The notes under the pieces are model-generated. The model saw only the letters and a list, made by a program, of their open reading frames with translations, was not told the origin of the DNA and made no database searches. Positions 28,986 through 38,099 of a DNA stretch of 64,000 bases are shown piece by piece; the stretch's first letter is position 1, and each line of letters begins with the position of its first letter. This DNA is from Gemmatimonadaceae bacterium (GTDB lineage: Bacteria > Gemmatimonadota > Gemmatimonadetes > Gemmatimonadales > Gemmatimonadaceae). Both the position numbers and the translations under genes were made by a program. The stretch is taken from contig JBBDYA010000114.1 of the NCBI GenBank assembly GCA_040902005.1, forward strand, positions 1 to 64,000, written 5' to 3'.

Positions 28986-29615
28986 ATGTTGAAGAATCGA
29001 GCAGGGCGGTCAGGGTTCACGCTTCCAGAAGTGCTGGTGACGGTGGCGATCGTGGCGGTGCTCGCGGCGGCCGTCGTTCCCACGGTGGTGAATCAGATCG
29101 GCAAGGGTGATGCAGCGTCGGTATCCGCAGAAATCAATTCCCTGACCGGTGCAGTGACCCAGTTCGTGACTGATACCCGGAGATATCCTGACCAGCTGGC
29201 TCATCTGAACACGCTCATATTGTCGGGGGACGATGACCTGCTGGGCACCGATTACGGCACGCGTGCCGTGGCCGGATGGAAGGGCCCCTACCTGGCGACG
29301 ACGCAGGACATGGCAACCGACGATTTCACGTTCAGCAGCTTTGGCCTGGTGGCCGACAATGTCCTGATCGCCCCCGCTGCCGGCAACGGCCATCACATCA
29401 CGCTGAACCTTGGCGCAACGACGACAATGTCACTGGCGACGTTGATTGCAATCGATCAGGGAATCGACGCGGGGGATGGAGTATTTGACCCTGATTGCGC
29501 CATCCCAGCAATATCAGCGAGCTCGACCAGCGGCCGTCTCACCTGGACTGAGGCTGCGGGCACGCCTTGCGTGATCACGAACATCATCTACCGGTTGGTT
29601 CCTGTCGGCTCCTAA
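28986..29615 (+). CDS. Type IV pilin / GspG-like prepilin 5
   Basis: AGGAG RBS; GRSG|FTLPE, RRYPDQL, WKGPYL, C-terminal Cys pair. Confidence 0.9.
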   Translation: MLKNRAGRSGFTLPEVLVTVAIVAVLAAAVVPTVVNQIGKGDAASVSAEINSLTGAVTQFVTDTRRYPDQLAHLNTLILSGDDDLLGTDYGTRAVAGWKGPYLATTQDMATDDFTFSSFGLVADNVLIAPAAGNGHHITLNLGATTTMSLATLIAIDQGIDAGDGVFDPDCAIPAISASSTSGRLTWTEAAGTPCVITNIIYRLVPVGS

Positions 29616-29638
29616 AAGAGCTTCAACTCAGTGACTGC

Positions 29639-29671
29639 GCGACGGGCACCCGTGAGGGTGCCCGTTCTCGC
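29639..29671 (+). terminator. Hairpin terminator after pilin 5
   Basis: ACGGGCACCC-GTGA-GGGTGCCCGT 10-bp stem; weak U tract. Confidence 0.6.
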
Positions 29672-29948
29672 ATGAGCGGCGTCTACCCGGACAAGGACAT
29701 CCTGAAAGCGCCGTGACAGGCGGGCGACCGCGGGGCCGCGCCTCCGTCGCGCGCGGGACTCTCCCAGAAAGTTCCACGGCGGTCGTTGCGGTTGTCGCAG
29801 ACTCCTTCGGACTTTCCACCCTCGCGGAACCCACGGGAACGCCCGCCTCGCCAGCGGCGCATGCCGATGACGCTGTGGCGGTACCGGTTCACGCGCGCCA
29901 CCAAGCGGCGCAGCTCCTCGACTTACCGCGTCGAGGTTCCAATGGAAT

Positions 29949-29985
29949 TTGACATTCATGATGTATCAAACGTACATTTTGATGT
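29949..29985 (+). promoter_or_regulatory. Sigma70 promoter/operator of vapBC (leaderless)
   Basis: TTGACA (29949)-18 bp-TACATT (29973), ATG 7 nt later; repeated TGATGTAT and ATCAAA/TTTGAT inverted repeat. Confidence 0.7.
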
Positions 29986-30231
29986 ATGAAACGAACCACT
30001 TTGAAGCTCGATGAGCCCCTCCTCCGCCGCCTCAAGCAGCGGGCAGCTGCCGAAGGAACGAGTCTCCAGGCTCTCGCCAACCGGCTCCTGCGTCTGGCAC
30101 TGGCGAAGCAGGAGCGCCCTCCATACACGCTCTCCCTGACTGGATGGGAAGCAACCGCGCGGCCAGGCGCGGACATCCTGGATCGCGACGCGCTGTTCGA
30201 CCTGATGGACCGGGAAGGGGGAGGACGCTGA
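29986..30231 (+). CDS. vapB: VapB ribbon-helix-helix antitoxin
   Basis: MKRTTLKLDEPLLRRLKQRAA RHH pattern, directly upstream of a PIN gene. Confidence 0.85.
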   Translation: MKRTTLKLDEPLLRRLKQRAAAEGTSLQALANRLLRLALAKQERPPYTLSLTGWEATARPGADILDRDALFDLMDREGGGR

Positions 30232-30234
30232 GCG

Positions 30235-30669
30235 GTGCGCGCCGTGGATACCAATGTTCTCGTGTTCGCGGGGATCACCTCGAGTTCGCAGCATCTCCGC
30301 GCGCTCGAAGTGCTCCGCGAACTGAGCGAAGGCGCAGCCGCGTGGGCCATTCCCTGGCCGTGCCTGTACGAATTTCTGCGCGTCGTGACGCATCCACGTG
30401 TGTACCATCCGCCGATGCCGTACGAAGTGGCGCTACAGGACGTGCAGCGCATCATCGCCTCACCCTCGCTCGTTCTCCTGAGCGAGACGCCGCGACACGC
30501 CGAGGTCATGGCAGAAGTCATCCGTGATGGCGGAGCCACGGGCAACTTGATCCATGACGCGCATATCGTCGCGCTGTGTCTCGAGCACGGGGTGACTGAG
30601 ATCGTCACTGGTGACCGCGATTTCCGGCGGTTCTCCGGCCTGAAGACATTCGATCCGTTCAGCGGATAG
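30235..30669 (+). CDS. vapC: VapC PIN-domain toxin
   Basis: VDTNVL, YEFLRVVT, GNLIHDAHI, TGDRDF. Confidence 0.93.
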   Translation: MRAVDTNVLVFAGITSSSQHLRALEVLRELSEGAAAWAIPWPCLYEFLRVVTHPRVYHPPMPYEVALQDVQRIIASPSLVLLSETPRHAEVMAEVIRDGGATGNLIHDAHIVALCLEHGVTEIVTGDRDFRRFSGLKTFDPFSG

Positions 30670-30672
30670 TCA

Positions 30673-30813
30673 TCAGGCCATCAACCCGATGGAGCAGCGA
30701 TCAGAGCGGGAAGGGAAGGATCTGGAGTCGCCGTGCACCGTCTCTCCGCCCGCCGCCAGGCGAACGAATTCCCTGAGCTTGTTCTTGAGGACCTTCAAGC
30801 CAACGGCGCGCAT
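30673..30813 (-). pseudogene. Truncated Phd/YefM antitoxin remnant
   Basis: 46-aa ORF below the track cutoff: MRAVGLKVLKNKLREFVRLAAGGETV, then unrelated sequence; upstream palindrome AGGTAGCT-N5-AGCTACCT (30820-30840). Confidence 0.7.
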
Positions 30814-30846
30814 CATCGAAGGTAGCTTCCAGAGCTACCTGCCCTC

Positions 30847-31386
30847 TCAGGGACGCGGGCGACTCTCCACGATGAACTTCCCCATCTCGAGACTCACCCC
30901 GAACCGCGCCGCGATGGCTTCCGCGCTCGCCGTGTTGATGTTCACCGCCAGCTGGTAGAACACCACCGGCGGCCACGGCGCCTGCGCATCACCCACCAGC
31001 ACGGACAGGCCCGCATCAGCCATCAGCGCGCGCAGCGCGTCCACAGCCCGCACGTCGTGAAAGGCGACGTTCACCCGTGCGTTCACGTCCTGCGACAGCA
31101 CGAGACTCACCTCCGCCTGCTGTGCCAGCCAGAGCACGAGGGTGCGCAGGTCGGCGTTCTGCGTGGTCAACGTGACGCGACGGTTGCTGGCGCCGGCAAA
31201 AGGATCACGTGATGCGCGTTGGAGGGGGGGGAGGGGCACGATCGCCAGCGTATCACCCCCGGACGCGATCTCGTAGACCGGCAGGTCCGGAAGCGGGGGC
31301 CCGACCGTGACCGGCTGTGTGCGCCAGCAGCCCGAAAGACCCGCGGCAACGACAACGAGCATCAGCGCCAGCGGACGACGGCGCAT
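30847..31386 (-). CDS. Lipoprotein with secretin N-terminal (STN/N0-like) domain and C-terminal ComEA-like HhH motif
   Basis: Lipobox LSGC; RVTLTTQNADLRTLVLWLAQQAEVSLVLSQDVNARVNVAFHDV..DALRALM; AVNINTASAEAIAARFGVS..GKFIVESR. Confidence 0.72.
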   Translation of the reverse strand: MRRRPLALMLVVVAAGLSGCWRTQPVTVGPPLPDLPVYEIASGGDTLAIVPLPPLQRASRDPFAGASNRRVTLTTQNADLRTLVLWLAQQAEVSLVLSQDVNARVNVAFHDVRAVDALRALMADAGLSVLVGDAQAPWPPVVFYQLAVNINTASAEAIAARFGVSLEMGKFIVESRPRP

Positions 31387-31389
31387 CCG

Positions 31390-32497
31390 CTAGCGCACCC
31401 GCTCGCTCAACGCCTCGACGCGACGCCGCACATGCTCCACGTGGCCGGCAAGCCGGCCGGGCGCGGTGCGCACGAACGCGTTGTACGACCGGATGGCGCC
31501 CGCCCAGTCGCGCTCGAGCTCCAGCACCTGCCCGAGCGCGTAGTGGGCCTCGGCCACCGACGCATCCGACGCGAGCACGGCCTCCAGCAGCGCGCGAGAC
31601 TCCTTCAGCGCGCCGACTGCGAGATACTGCTGCGCGAGACTCACGCGCGCGCTTGGATGCAGGGGGTCGATGCCGAGCGCGTGCTGAAACGCCGCGATCG
31701 CGTTGCTCGCCTGGCCGCGCTGCGCCAGCGCGGTGCCAAGGTTGTTCCACGCGCCGGCATTGCGCGGCGACAAACTCACCGCTCTACGCAGCAGCGTTTC
31801 GGCGCGATCGAACTCACGCGTGGACGACAGTAGCACGCCCATGTTGTTCAGCGCGTCCACGTGATTCGGGTCCGTCGCCAGCACGCGCTCGTACGCGCCG
31901 CGGGCGGTTGCGAGGTCACCCGCGCGATGCGCCGCGACTCCCGCGGCGAATATCTGCGAGAGACTCGCCTCGCGCGCATCCACCGCGATGTTGAGACGCC
32001 CAGGGCTCTCCGCATGCCGGACTGGCTGCGCCTGCACGTCGCCCTGCGGTAGCGCTGCGGCGCTGTCGCGCGCAGGGCCAGCGGCAACCTGCGGCGCCTC
32101 CGGACGATCGGACGGCGCGACCGCCCGGTGCCGGCCGAACCGGCGCGGTCGTAGTGCGCGCCGAAGGCCTCGTCTGCGCTGGACGGCTGGCCACGTCGCG
32201 AAGCACCTGCGCGCTCGAATCGATCGCCGGCAACCCGGCGGCGACGTCGCTGATGAGCGGGGGCGACACGAGCGCCATCGGCTGGCGTCGCACGTCCTGC
32301 ATCTTCACGAACACGACCCAGCCGGCGCCGAGGAGCACCGCGCCGCCGATGCCGATCATGAGCGCGCGCTGCCAGTTGAACTCCCGCGCCGGTTGCGAAC
32401 GCAGGGGAACCAACATCGGGGGAACGGCGGCGCTCGAGGCCGCGCGGCGCTCCTTTTCCCGCTGCGCGGCATTGGTGGCATCGATGATGAGACTCAC
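31390..32497 (-). pseudogene. MshN-like TM + TPR protein split by a 1-nt frameshift
   Basis: N-terminal MSLIIDATNAAQRE + TM (ORF 31916..32497) and TPR C-terminus (ORF 31390..32037) join if one base near 32123-32125 is removed. Confidence 0.72.
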
Positions 32498-33903
32498 GGC
32501 TGTGGCTCACCCGCAGGCACGACACGCCGCGTGGTGTCCGCGGTGGCCATGGCGTTGTCGGACACGGAATCCGCGGCCAGGCGGCGCGACTCGAACGCGA
32601 CGCACTGCTCGGACATCGACGAATAATCAGCGGGGACTGCGCGCGTCGCGGCGACGGGAACGCGGCCGGCCGCGGCGCAGGCGCGGGCCGAGTCTCCGGC
32701 CGCGAAGAACGCCTTGGCAGTCCAGTACCGACCTTCGCCGATCGCCCATCCCGCAGGGTAATCTCGACCGAGCGTCTCGAGCGACCGCAGCGCGTCCTCG
32801 TTGGAGCCGCGCGTCAATTGCAACTGCGCGAGCCGGAGCAGTGCGTTCTCGCGCTGGCGCGATCCGGCGTAGTCGCGCGCGATGCGCGCGTAGAACTGTT
32901 CGGCCCGCACGGTGGACGGCGCGCGCGCTGCGCGCCACGCCAGCACCTCGGCGTTTCCATCCATTCCGAACCAGAGCGCGGCGAGGACCGCGGCCACGGC
33001 GGCGAGGGAGCCGCCAACCCACCACCGTCGCGAATGGCCTGAGGTGCTGAGCGTTTTCGCCGGCGCGGATGCGGCGGCCGACTCCATGCCGTCCTCGCCC
33101 TGAAGCGATGCGATGGCCTGGCGCACGTGCGCCTCCGAAATGCTGCGCGCCTGATCGGAGTAGCCAGCGAGCAACGCGCGATCCGTCGTGAGATTGATCA
33201 GACGCGGCACGCCCCGGGTGGCCGAGTGGATCAGGCGCACCGCCGTCTCCTGGAAACGCACGCGTCCCTGCGCGCCCGCCACGTTGAGGCGGTGGTAGAG
33301 ATAGCGCCCGGTTTCGTCCTGCGTGAGATGCGTGAGCGTGCAGCGCACCGACACGCGCTGATCGAGCTGCGCCATCTGCGGCGTGCGGATCAGCGCCAGC
33401 AGCTCCGGCTGGCCCACGAGCACGATCTGAATCAGCTTTTCGCGCTCGGTCTCCAGGTTCGAGAGCACGCGGATCTGCTCCAGAAACTCCGTGGAGAGAT
33501 GCTGCGCTTCATCGAAGATCGCGATGCACGTCCGTCCGTTCGCGAGCTGCTGGAGCAGGTAGGTGTTGAGCCGGTCGAGCAGCTCCTTGCGCGACGTGAT
33601 GGTGGTGTCGCCCAACCCGAACTCCGACAGCAGCGCCTGGAGCATCTCCACGCCGTTGAGGAACGGATTGAAGAGCAGCGCCACGCGGAAGCGTTCCGGG
33701 TCCAGCTTCTCGAGTAGGTCGCGGCAGAGGGTGGTCTTCCCCGTGCCGGGCGCGCCCGTGACGAGCATGAATCCTTCCTTCTGCCCGATGCCGTAGCGCA
33801 GCGACTCCTCGGCAACGCGATACTGGTCGGACTGAAAGACGAAGCGAGGATTCGGCGTGAGCGAGAACGGCTTTTCCGTCAATCCGAAAAACTGTTCGTA
33901 CAT
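32494..33903 (-). CDS. ExeA/MshM-type AAA ATPase with TM and periplasmic TPR-like domain
   Basis: MYEQFFGLTEKPFSLTPNP, GAPGTGKTT, IFDEAQ, LVGQPEL, GVPRLIN. Confidence 0.9.
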   Translation of the reverse strand: MYEQFFGLTEKPFSLTPNPRFVFQSDQYRVAEESLRYGIGQKEGFMLVTGAPGTGKTTLCRDLLEKLDPERFRVALLFNPFLNGVEMLQALLSEFGLGDTTITSRKELLDRLNTYLLQQLANGRTCIAIFDEAQHLSTEFLEQIRVLSNLETEREKLIQIVLVGQPELLALIRTPQMAQLDQRVSVRCTLTHLTQDETGRYLYHRLNVAGAQGRVRFQETAVRLIHSATRGVPRLINLTTDRALLAGYSDQARSISEAHVRQAIASLQGEDGMESAAASAPAKTLSTSGHSRRWWVGGSLAAVAAVLAALWFGMDGNAEVLAWRAARAPSTVRAEQFYARIARDYAGSRQRENALLRLAQLQLTRGSNEDALRSLETLGRDYPAGWAIGEGRYWTAKAFFAAGDSARACAAAGRVPVAATRAVPADYSSMSEQCVAFESRRLAADSVSDNAMATADTTRRVVPAGEPQP

Positions 33904-33919
33904 CTGCTGCTCGCTGCTC

Positions 33920-35572
33920 CTACCGGCCGGCCGGCGGCTGGCCGGCGATGATGGTGGGTGTCAGGAAGATCACCAGTTCGGCCTTGCGCTCGATCTGCAC
34001 CTCGCGCGAGAAGAGACGTCCCAGCAGCGGAATGGACCGCAGTCCGGGCACGCCGCTTTTCACGGTCTCCACGCGATTCTGCATCAGGCCGCCGATGACG
34101 ATCGTCTCCCCCTCGCGCAGGCGTGCCATCGTGTCCGATTCGCGCGTGTCGATGACCGGCGCCTGGAAGAGCGTGCCGTCCGCGCTGGTAAAGCTCGCGG
34201 TGCGGGCCACGCTCGTGACGACCGGGCGGATGTTCATCGTGACGCTGTTGTCGGCCCCGATCTGCGGCAGCACGTCGAGCACGATGCCGACGTTCACTTG
34301 CGTGGGGTTCACCGTGGAGGTGAAGCCGGTGATCGCGCCGGTGGGGCCGATGATGGGCTCGCGCTGGAGATTGAACACGATCTCGCCGGTGGTCACGTTG
34401 AACACCGCGCGCTGGTTGTTGAGCGCGGAGACGCGCGGGCTGGACAGGACGCGCACGTCGCCCTGCGAGGAAAGCGCGGTGAGCACGGCGGAGATCTCGG
34501 TGGTACCGGCGCTCAGGCGCAGCTCGACATTCGGGCCGAGCCGGCCGCCGCCGGGACTCAGTTTACCGGCGGCGTTGCTGCCCACCACCACGTTCCAGTC
34601 GATGCCGAACTCGTAGCTGCGATCGAGGTTCACCTCGACGATCTTCGCCTCGATCAGCACCTGCCGCTGCACCGACGACTCGAACGTGCGGATGAACAGC
34701 TCGATCTGGTCGAGGCGATCGGTGAACGCGCTGACGGTGATCGTTCCGGCGATGGGATTGATGATGAGGCGACGGCCGTCCGGGGCGTTACGGCTGTACG
34801 GGCGGCCACCACCCTGGAGCCCCATCCCCGCGGACGCGGCATTCTGCGCCTGTGGCTGACCGGCGCCGTCCGTGGCGCCATCGAAGACGAGCGCGTCCAT
34901 CGCGACGCGAATCTCCTCCCAGACGTCCGCGACCGAGACCGCGCTGATGACGTCCGCGCCGCCGCCGAGACCGCCGCCGAACCCACCGGCGCCCGCGCCG
35001 CCGGCTGCGGCGCCGCCCTGCGAGCCGATGGCACCGCCCTGGTTACCGCCGATTCCGCTGCCGCCCAGGCGGCGCTGGATCACGGTGGAGGCCGTGCCCA
35101 CGCGCGACAAGGCGACGTAGTCCAGCGAAAAGATCCGGGTTTCCATCCGCGACGGCCCGACGCGCAGCACGCCGTTGCGGATCTCGTACTGCACGCCCTG
35201 CGGCATGATGATGTCGAGCGCTTCACTGAGCGTGGTGTTTCGCAGCGTGGTGTTGACGGTGCCGTGCACCGCGGGATCGATCTGATACTGGAGCCCGAAC
35301 CGCGTGGCGAGCGTGCGGACGACCGTGCCGAGATCCTGATTCACGGCGGTGAGGCTCTGCAGGCGCGGCGCGCTCCCCTGGGAAATCGCGGCTCCCGAAG
35401 AGAGCGGGGGCAGACTGGGAAGCGGCGCCTCGCCGGACGACGCGGAGGCGGGTGGCTCGAGGCGAACACTTGTCTGCGGCGCGACCACCTTCGGCGAGCT
35501 CGCGCACGACGCCATGAGTGCCAGTGCAGCGGCGCCCGCGGCACCGGCGATTCGACCTGTCGGGAAATGCAT
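33920..35572 (-). CDS. MshL-like lipoprotein secretin
   Basis: Lipobox MASC, STN domain, ETRIFSLDY + Gly-rich loop, QVLIEAKIVEV, VLSSPRV, GVPGLRSIPLLGRLF, ELVIFLTP. Confidence 0.93.
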   Translation of the reverse strand: MHFPTGRIAGAAGAAALALMASCASSPKVVAPQTSVRLEPPASASSGEAPLPSLPPLSSGAAISQGSAPRLQSLTAVNQDLGTVVRTLATRFGLQYQIDPAVHGTVNTTLRNTTLSEALDIIMPQGVQYEIRNGVLRVGPSRMETRIFSLDYVALSRVGTASTVIQRRLGGSGIGGNQGGAIGSQGGAAAGGAGAGGFGGGLGGGADVISAVSVADVWEEIRVAMDALVFDGATDGAGQPQAQNAASAGMGLQGGGRPYSRNAPDGRRLIINPIAGTITVSAFTDRLDQIELFIRTFESSVQRQVLIEAKIVEVNLDRSYEFGIDWNVVVGSNAAGKLSPGGGRLGPNVELRLSAGTTEISAVLTALSSQGDVRVLSSPRVSALNNQRAVFNVTTGEIVFNLQREPIIGPTGAITGFTSTVNPTQVNVGIVLDVLPQIGADNSVTMNIRPVVTSVARTASFTSADGTLFQAPVIDTRESDTMARLREGETIVIGGLMQNRVETVKSGVPGLRSIPLLGRLFSREVQIERKAELVIFLTPTIIAGQPPAGR

Positions 35573-35573
35573 G

Positions 35574-36056
35574 TTATGGCCTGACCGTGGACATGGTGAG
35601 CGCGCGGTGCTGCCCGTTTCGCTCCATCACGGCGACGCGGTCCGCGCGGATGGCGGTGATACGCGCGCCGTCCGACAACATGTCGCCGACACTTACCACG
35701 GTACCGTCAATCACCGCGACAGGTCTGTCATCCGCAATAAGGATCGCAGTCAACTGCCGTGTGCGCCTGGATGCACTAACAGTAGGAGTGCCCGGCGTCG
35801 GCGCAACGTCTAGTTGGCGGCGTGCCGAGACGAATGGGTCGAATTGGAGGCGAACTTCCGGGCGATCGAAGGGCAAACCGACCAGCCCCGGCGTCATGAA
35901 CGCACCAACGTCGTCCATCGCGTCGTCGCGTGCCGTCGCCGGCCCGCGCGGGTCGGCCGACAGTTGCTCAACCGTCAGGGCGACCAGCGCCGCGGTCACC
36001 AGTAGCGCCGCGTTCCAGAGATGACCGAAGAGCGTTTGGGGGGGTTGGTGCGCCAT
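35574..36056 (-). CDS. MshK/PilP-like accessory protein
   Basis: N-terminal TM, DPF motif, LTAILIA..RPVAVIDG..VSVGD...I.ADRV. Confidence 0.68.
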   Translation of the reverse strand: MAHQPPQTLFGHLWNAALLVTAALVALTVEQLSADPRGPATARDDAMDDVGAFMTPGLVGLPFDRPEVRLQFDPFVSARRQLDVAPTPGTPTVSASRRTRQLTAILIADDRPVAVIDGTVVSVGDMLSDGARITAIRADRVAVMERNGQHRALTMSTVRP

Positions 36057-36639
36057 TTGGATAGGTGAGTTGAAATACGGCCAGCGAGATCCGGTGCCTG
36101 CTGCCTCCGTCCTGTCGCACCAGACTCAGTTGCGTCGCCGCGGCCGACGGCGGAAGCTGACCGAGAAAGGCAATCACCGACTGCATTCCACCGCGACCTT
36201 CGACGACGAGACCGAAGGGTGCCGGCGTACGGCCGATCCCCCCGGTAGAAAGACGCGTCTCCAGCCCAGTTGTATCAGAAGGGCCGACGAGGACCCGCAC
36301 GTCCTGCAGCCCGGCGGACTCTGCCGCACGTGCCACGGAGCGCGTCACCCCGAGACGCTCTTCCTCCCCGACCCCCAGGTTCTGGAGCTCCATCCAAGTT
36401 CGGCGCCACGCAATGGACTCCGCGGCAACAGCAGGCTCATACCGCCGCCTCAGGTCCGCGAACCCCACGAGTGCCGCCTGGACCCGGGTAATCTCCGCGC
36501 GGCGGGCCGCTCCGCGACGAGTGGCGTTGACCGCGGCCCACGCGAGGACGGCGATCGAGAGCACGGCGGCGACCAGGCGCGTCCAGGCAGGGTCGATCGG
36601 TGGAAGGCGCAGCGCGCCGACGGAGAATGACGGTGCCAT
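35968..36639 (-). CDS. PilO/MshJ-like alignment protein
   Basis: TM, coiled coil, ferredoxin-like C-domain (GGMQSVIAFLGQL); position in operon. Confidence 0.62.
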   Translation of the reverse strand: MAPSFSVGALRLPPIDPAWTRLVAAVLSIAVLAWAAVNATRRGAARRAEITRVQAALVGFADLRRRYEPAVAAESIAWRRTWMELQNLGVGEEERLGVTRSVARAAESAGLQDVRVLVGPSDTTGLETRLSTGGIGRTPAPFGLVVEGRGGMQSVIAFLGQLPPSAAATQLSLVRQDGGSRHRISLAVFQLTYPNGAPTPPNALRSSLERGATGDRGAGRPDG

Positions 36640-38099
36640 CAGTCCCGCACGCCCATCGGCAGCTCGAAGGAGAGCTGGAACTGGAGACGCGCCGCCCCGC
36701 CCGGAGCCGTTGCGTCCCGATAGGCCATCTCGTCGAGCGCCAGCCCTTCGACCGACAGCCGCAGCGGCAGACGGCGATAGAAATCGTGCAGCCCCTGCAC
36801 GGCCAGGCCATTGGACTGGGCCGAGACAGTGCCTCTGAGTTGCGCCAGCCAACCGGAGGCGCCTCTATCGAGTTGCAGCGAGTCCAGTCGGACCGGCCCC
36901 GCGACGGCGCCCGCGATGGCCGCGAGCGCGCGCTGGAGCTCGACACGGTCCGCATCGGCGTATCGCAACGCGGTGACCGCGTCGCGGACGATCTTCCGAT
37001 GGCTGGCGGTGGCGCGCATGGGCAGCATGGCGAACGATTCCTGCTGCACCTGGCTGCGGGCGTCGCGCAGGTCGTTGGCAGCGGTTCGCGCCGACAGGGC
37101 GGCGAACATCGCCCAGGCGCCGACCAGCGCGGCCGCAGCGACGGCCGCCCATGACGCTTGATGCAGTCGGGTTGCGGCGCCCGCCGGGCGCCTCCCCGCG
37201 GTGGAACCGGCGAGCGCCAACGGATGCGCCGACTGGGCGTCGAGCACGGCGCCCATGGCCGCGAGCGCGGCTGCCGGGAGTCCATGCACGTCCAGGCGCT
37301 GCACGGGCAATCCCAGGCGCTCGGTGAGGCGGCCTTCAACGTCGGCGAAGGAATCGCCGCCGTGCGCGACGGTGACCCGCTCCACCTGCGCGCCGCGAAA
37401 CTGCTGGCGCACGAAAATGGCCCCGAGCTCGAGTTCCTCCACGATGGACGCACTGTCCGGACGGTCGTCGGCGTCCGCGAGCGGCGGTTCCACGGCGAGT
37501 CGCAGCGCGCCGGCAAGAAAAAATCCGATAAAGACGCCGTCCGGGAGGGGAGCGACGATGGCTGTGGTCTCGCGCGCATCGATCAGCTCCTCCTCCAGGC
37601 GCTGAATGGCGGCAGGGAGGGCGGTGAGATGGAGCAGCCGGTGTCCGGCGCCACGCAGCGCGGAGTCGAATGCGTCGATCGTCTCGGGCGAACACGCGGC
37701 AACGAGCACCTGTCGCTGCGGCATCACATCCGGCGGCGGCGCGGCTTCGGTCGGGAGCGGGGTCCACGCAATGACGGGGGGGGGATCGGCCAGTTGCGGC
37801 TCCAGCCGGCGCAGCTCGCGGTCCACGATGGTCCCGAGCAGGTCGTCGGGAGCGGGCGGAAAGCCGAGGACGTGGTGCACGACGTCGAAGCCGCGAAGGG
37901 CGATCGCGACGCTGGCGCCGCGAATGTTCTGCGCGGCCAGCGCACCGACGAACCGTGCGGCCGCGTCCCGCGCGCTTCCGAGGGGGGAGGGCGCCGGCAC
38001 GCTGAACGTGCGCTCGACCTCCATGCCGGCGCCGCGCCGTCGCGACTCGATCGCGAACACGCCGCGCGGACAGATGTACGCGCCGATCACGCGACTCAT
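36639..38099 (-). CDS. PilM-PilN fusion-like (MshI-like) alignment protein
   Basis: Actin-like cytoplasmic region, TM WAAVAAAALVGAWAMF, coiled coil and PilN-like domain; ATGA overlap with platform gene. Confidence 0.68.
   Translation of the reverse strand: MSRVIGAYICPRGVFAIESRRRGAGMEVERTFSVPAPSPLGSARDAAARFVGALAAQNIRGASVAIALRGFDVVHHVLGFPPAPDDLLGTIVDRELRRLEPQLADPPPVIAWTPLPTEAAPPPDVMPQRQVLVAACSPETIDAFDSALRGAGHRLLHLTALPAAIQRLEEELIDARETTAIVAPLPDGVFIGFFLAGALRLAVEPPLADADDRPDSASIVEELELGAIFVRQQFRGAQVERVTVAHGGDSFADVEGRLTERLGLPVQRLDVHGLPAAALAAMGAVLDAQSAHPLALAGSTAGRRPAGAATRLHQASWAAVAAAALVGAWAMFAALSARTAANDLRDARSQVQQESFAMLPMRATASHRKIVRDAVTALRYADADRVELQRALAAIAGAVAGPVRLDSLQLDRGASGWLAQLRGTVSAQSNGLAVQGLHDFYRRLPLRLSVEGLALDEMAYRDATAPGGAARLQFQLSFELPMGVRD

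Noticed and set aside
21158..29615. Diversity-generating retroelement or shufflon acting on pilins
   Set aside because: No reverse transcriptase, recombinase, template/variable repeat pair or inverted crossover sites visible.
29672..29948. Short ORFs between pilin 5 and vapB
   Set aside because: No recognisable motifs or convincing starts; may be decayed sequence but cannot be supported.
35968..36056. Frameshift at the G7 run in the PilO-like/MshK-like overlap
   Set aside because: Both ORFs have plausible independent N-terminal TM segments, so the 89-bp overlap needs no frameshift.
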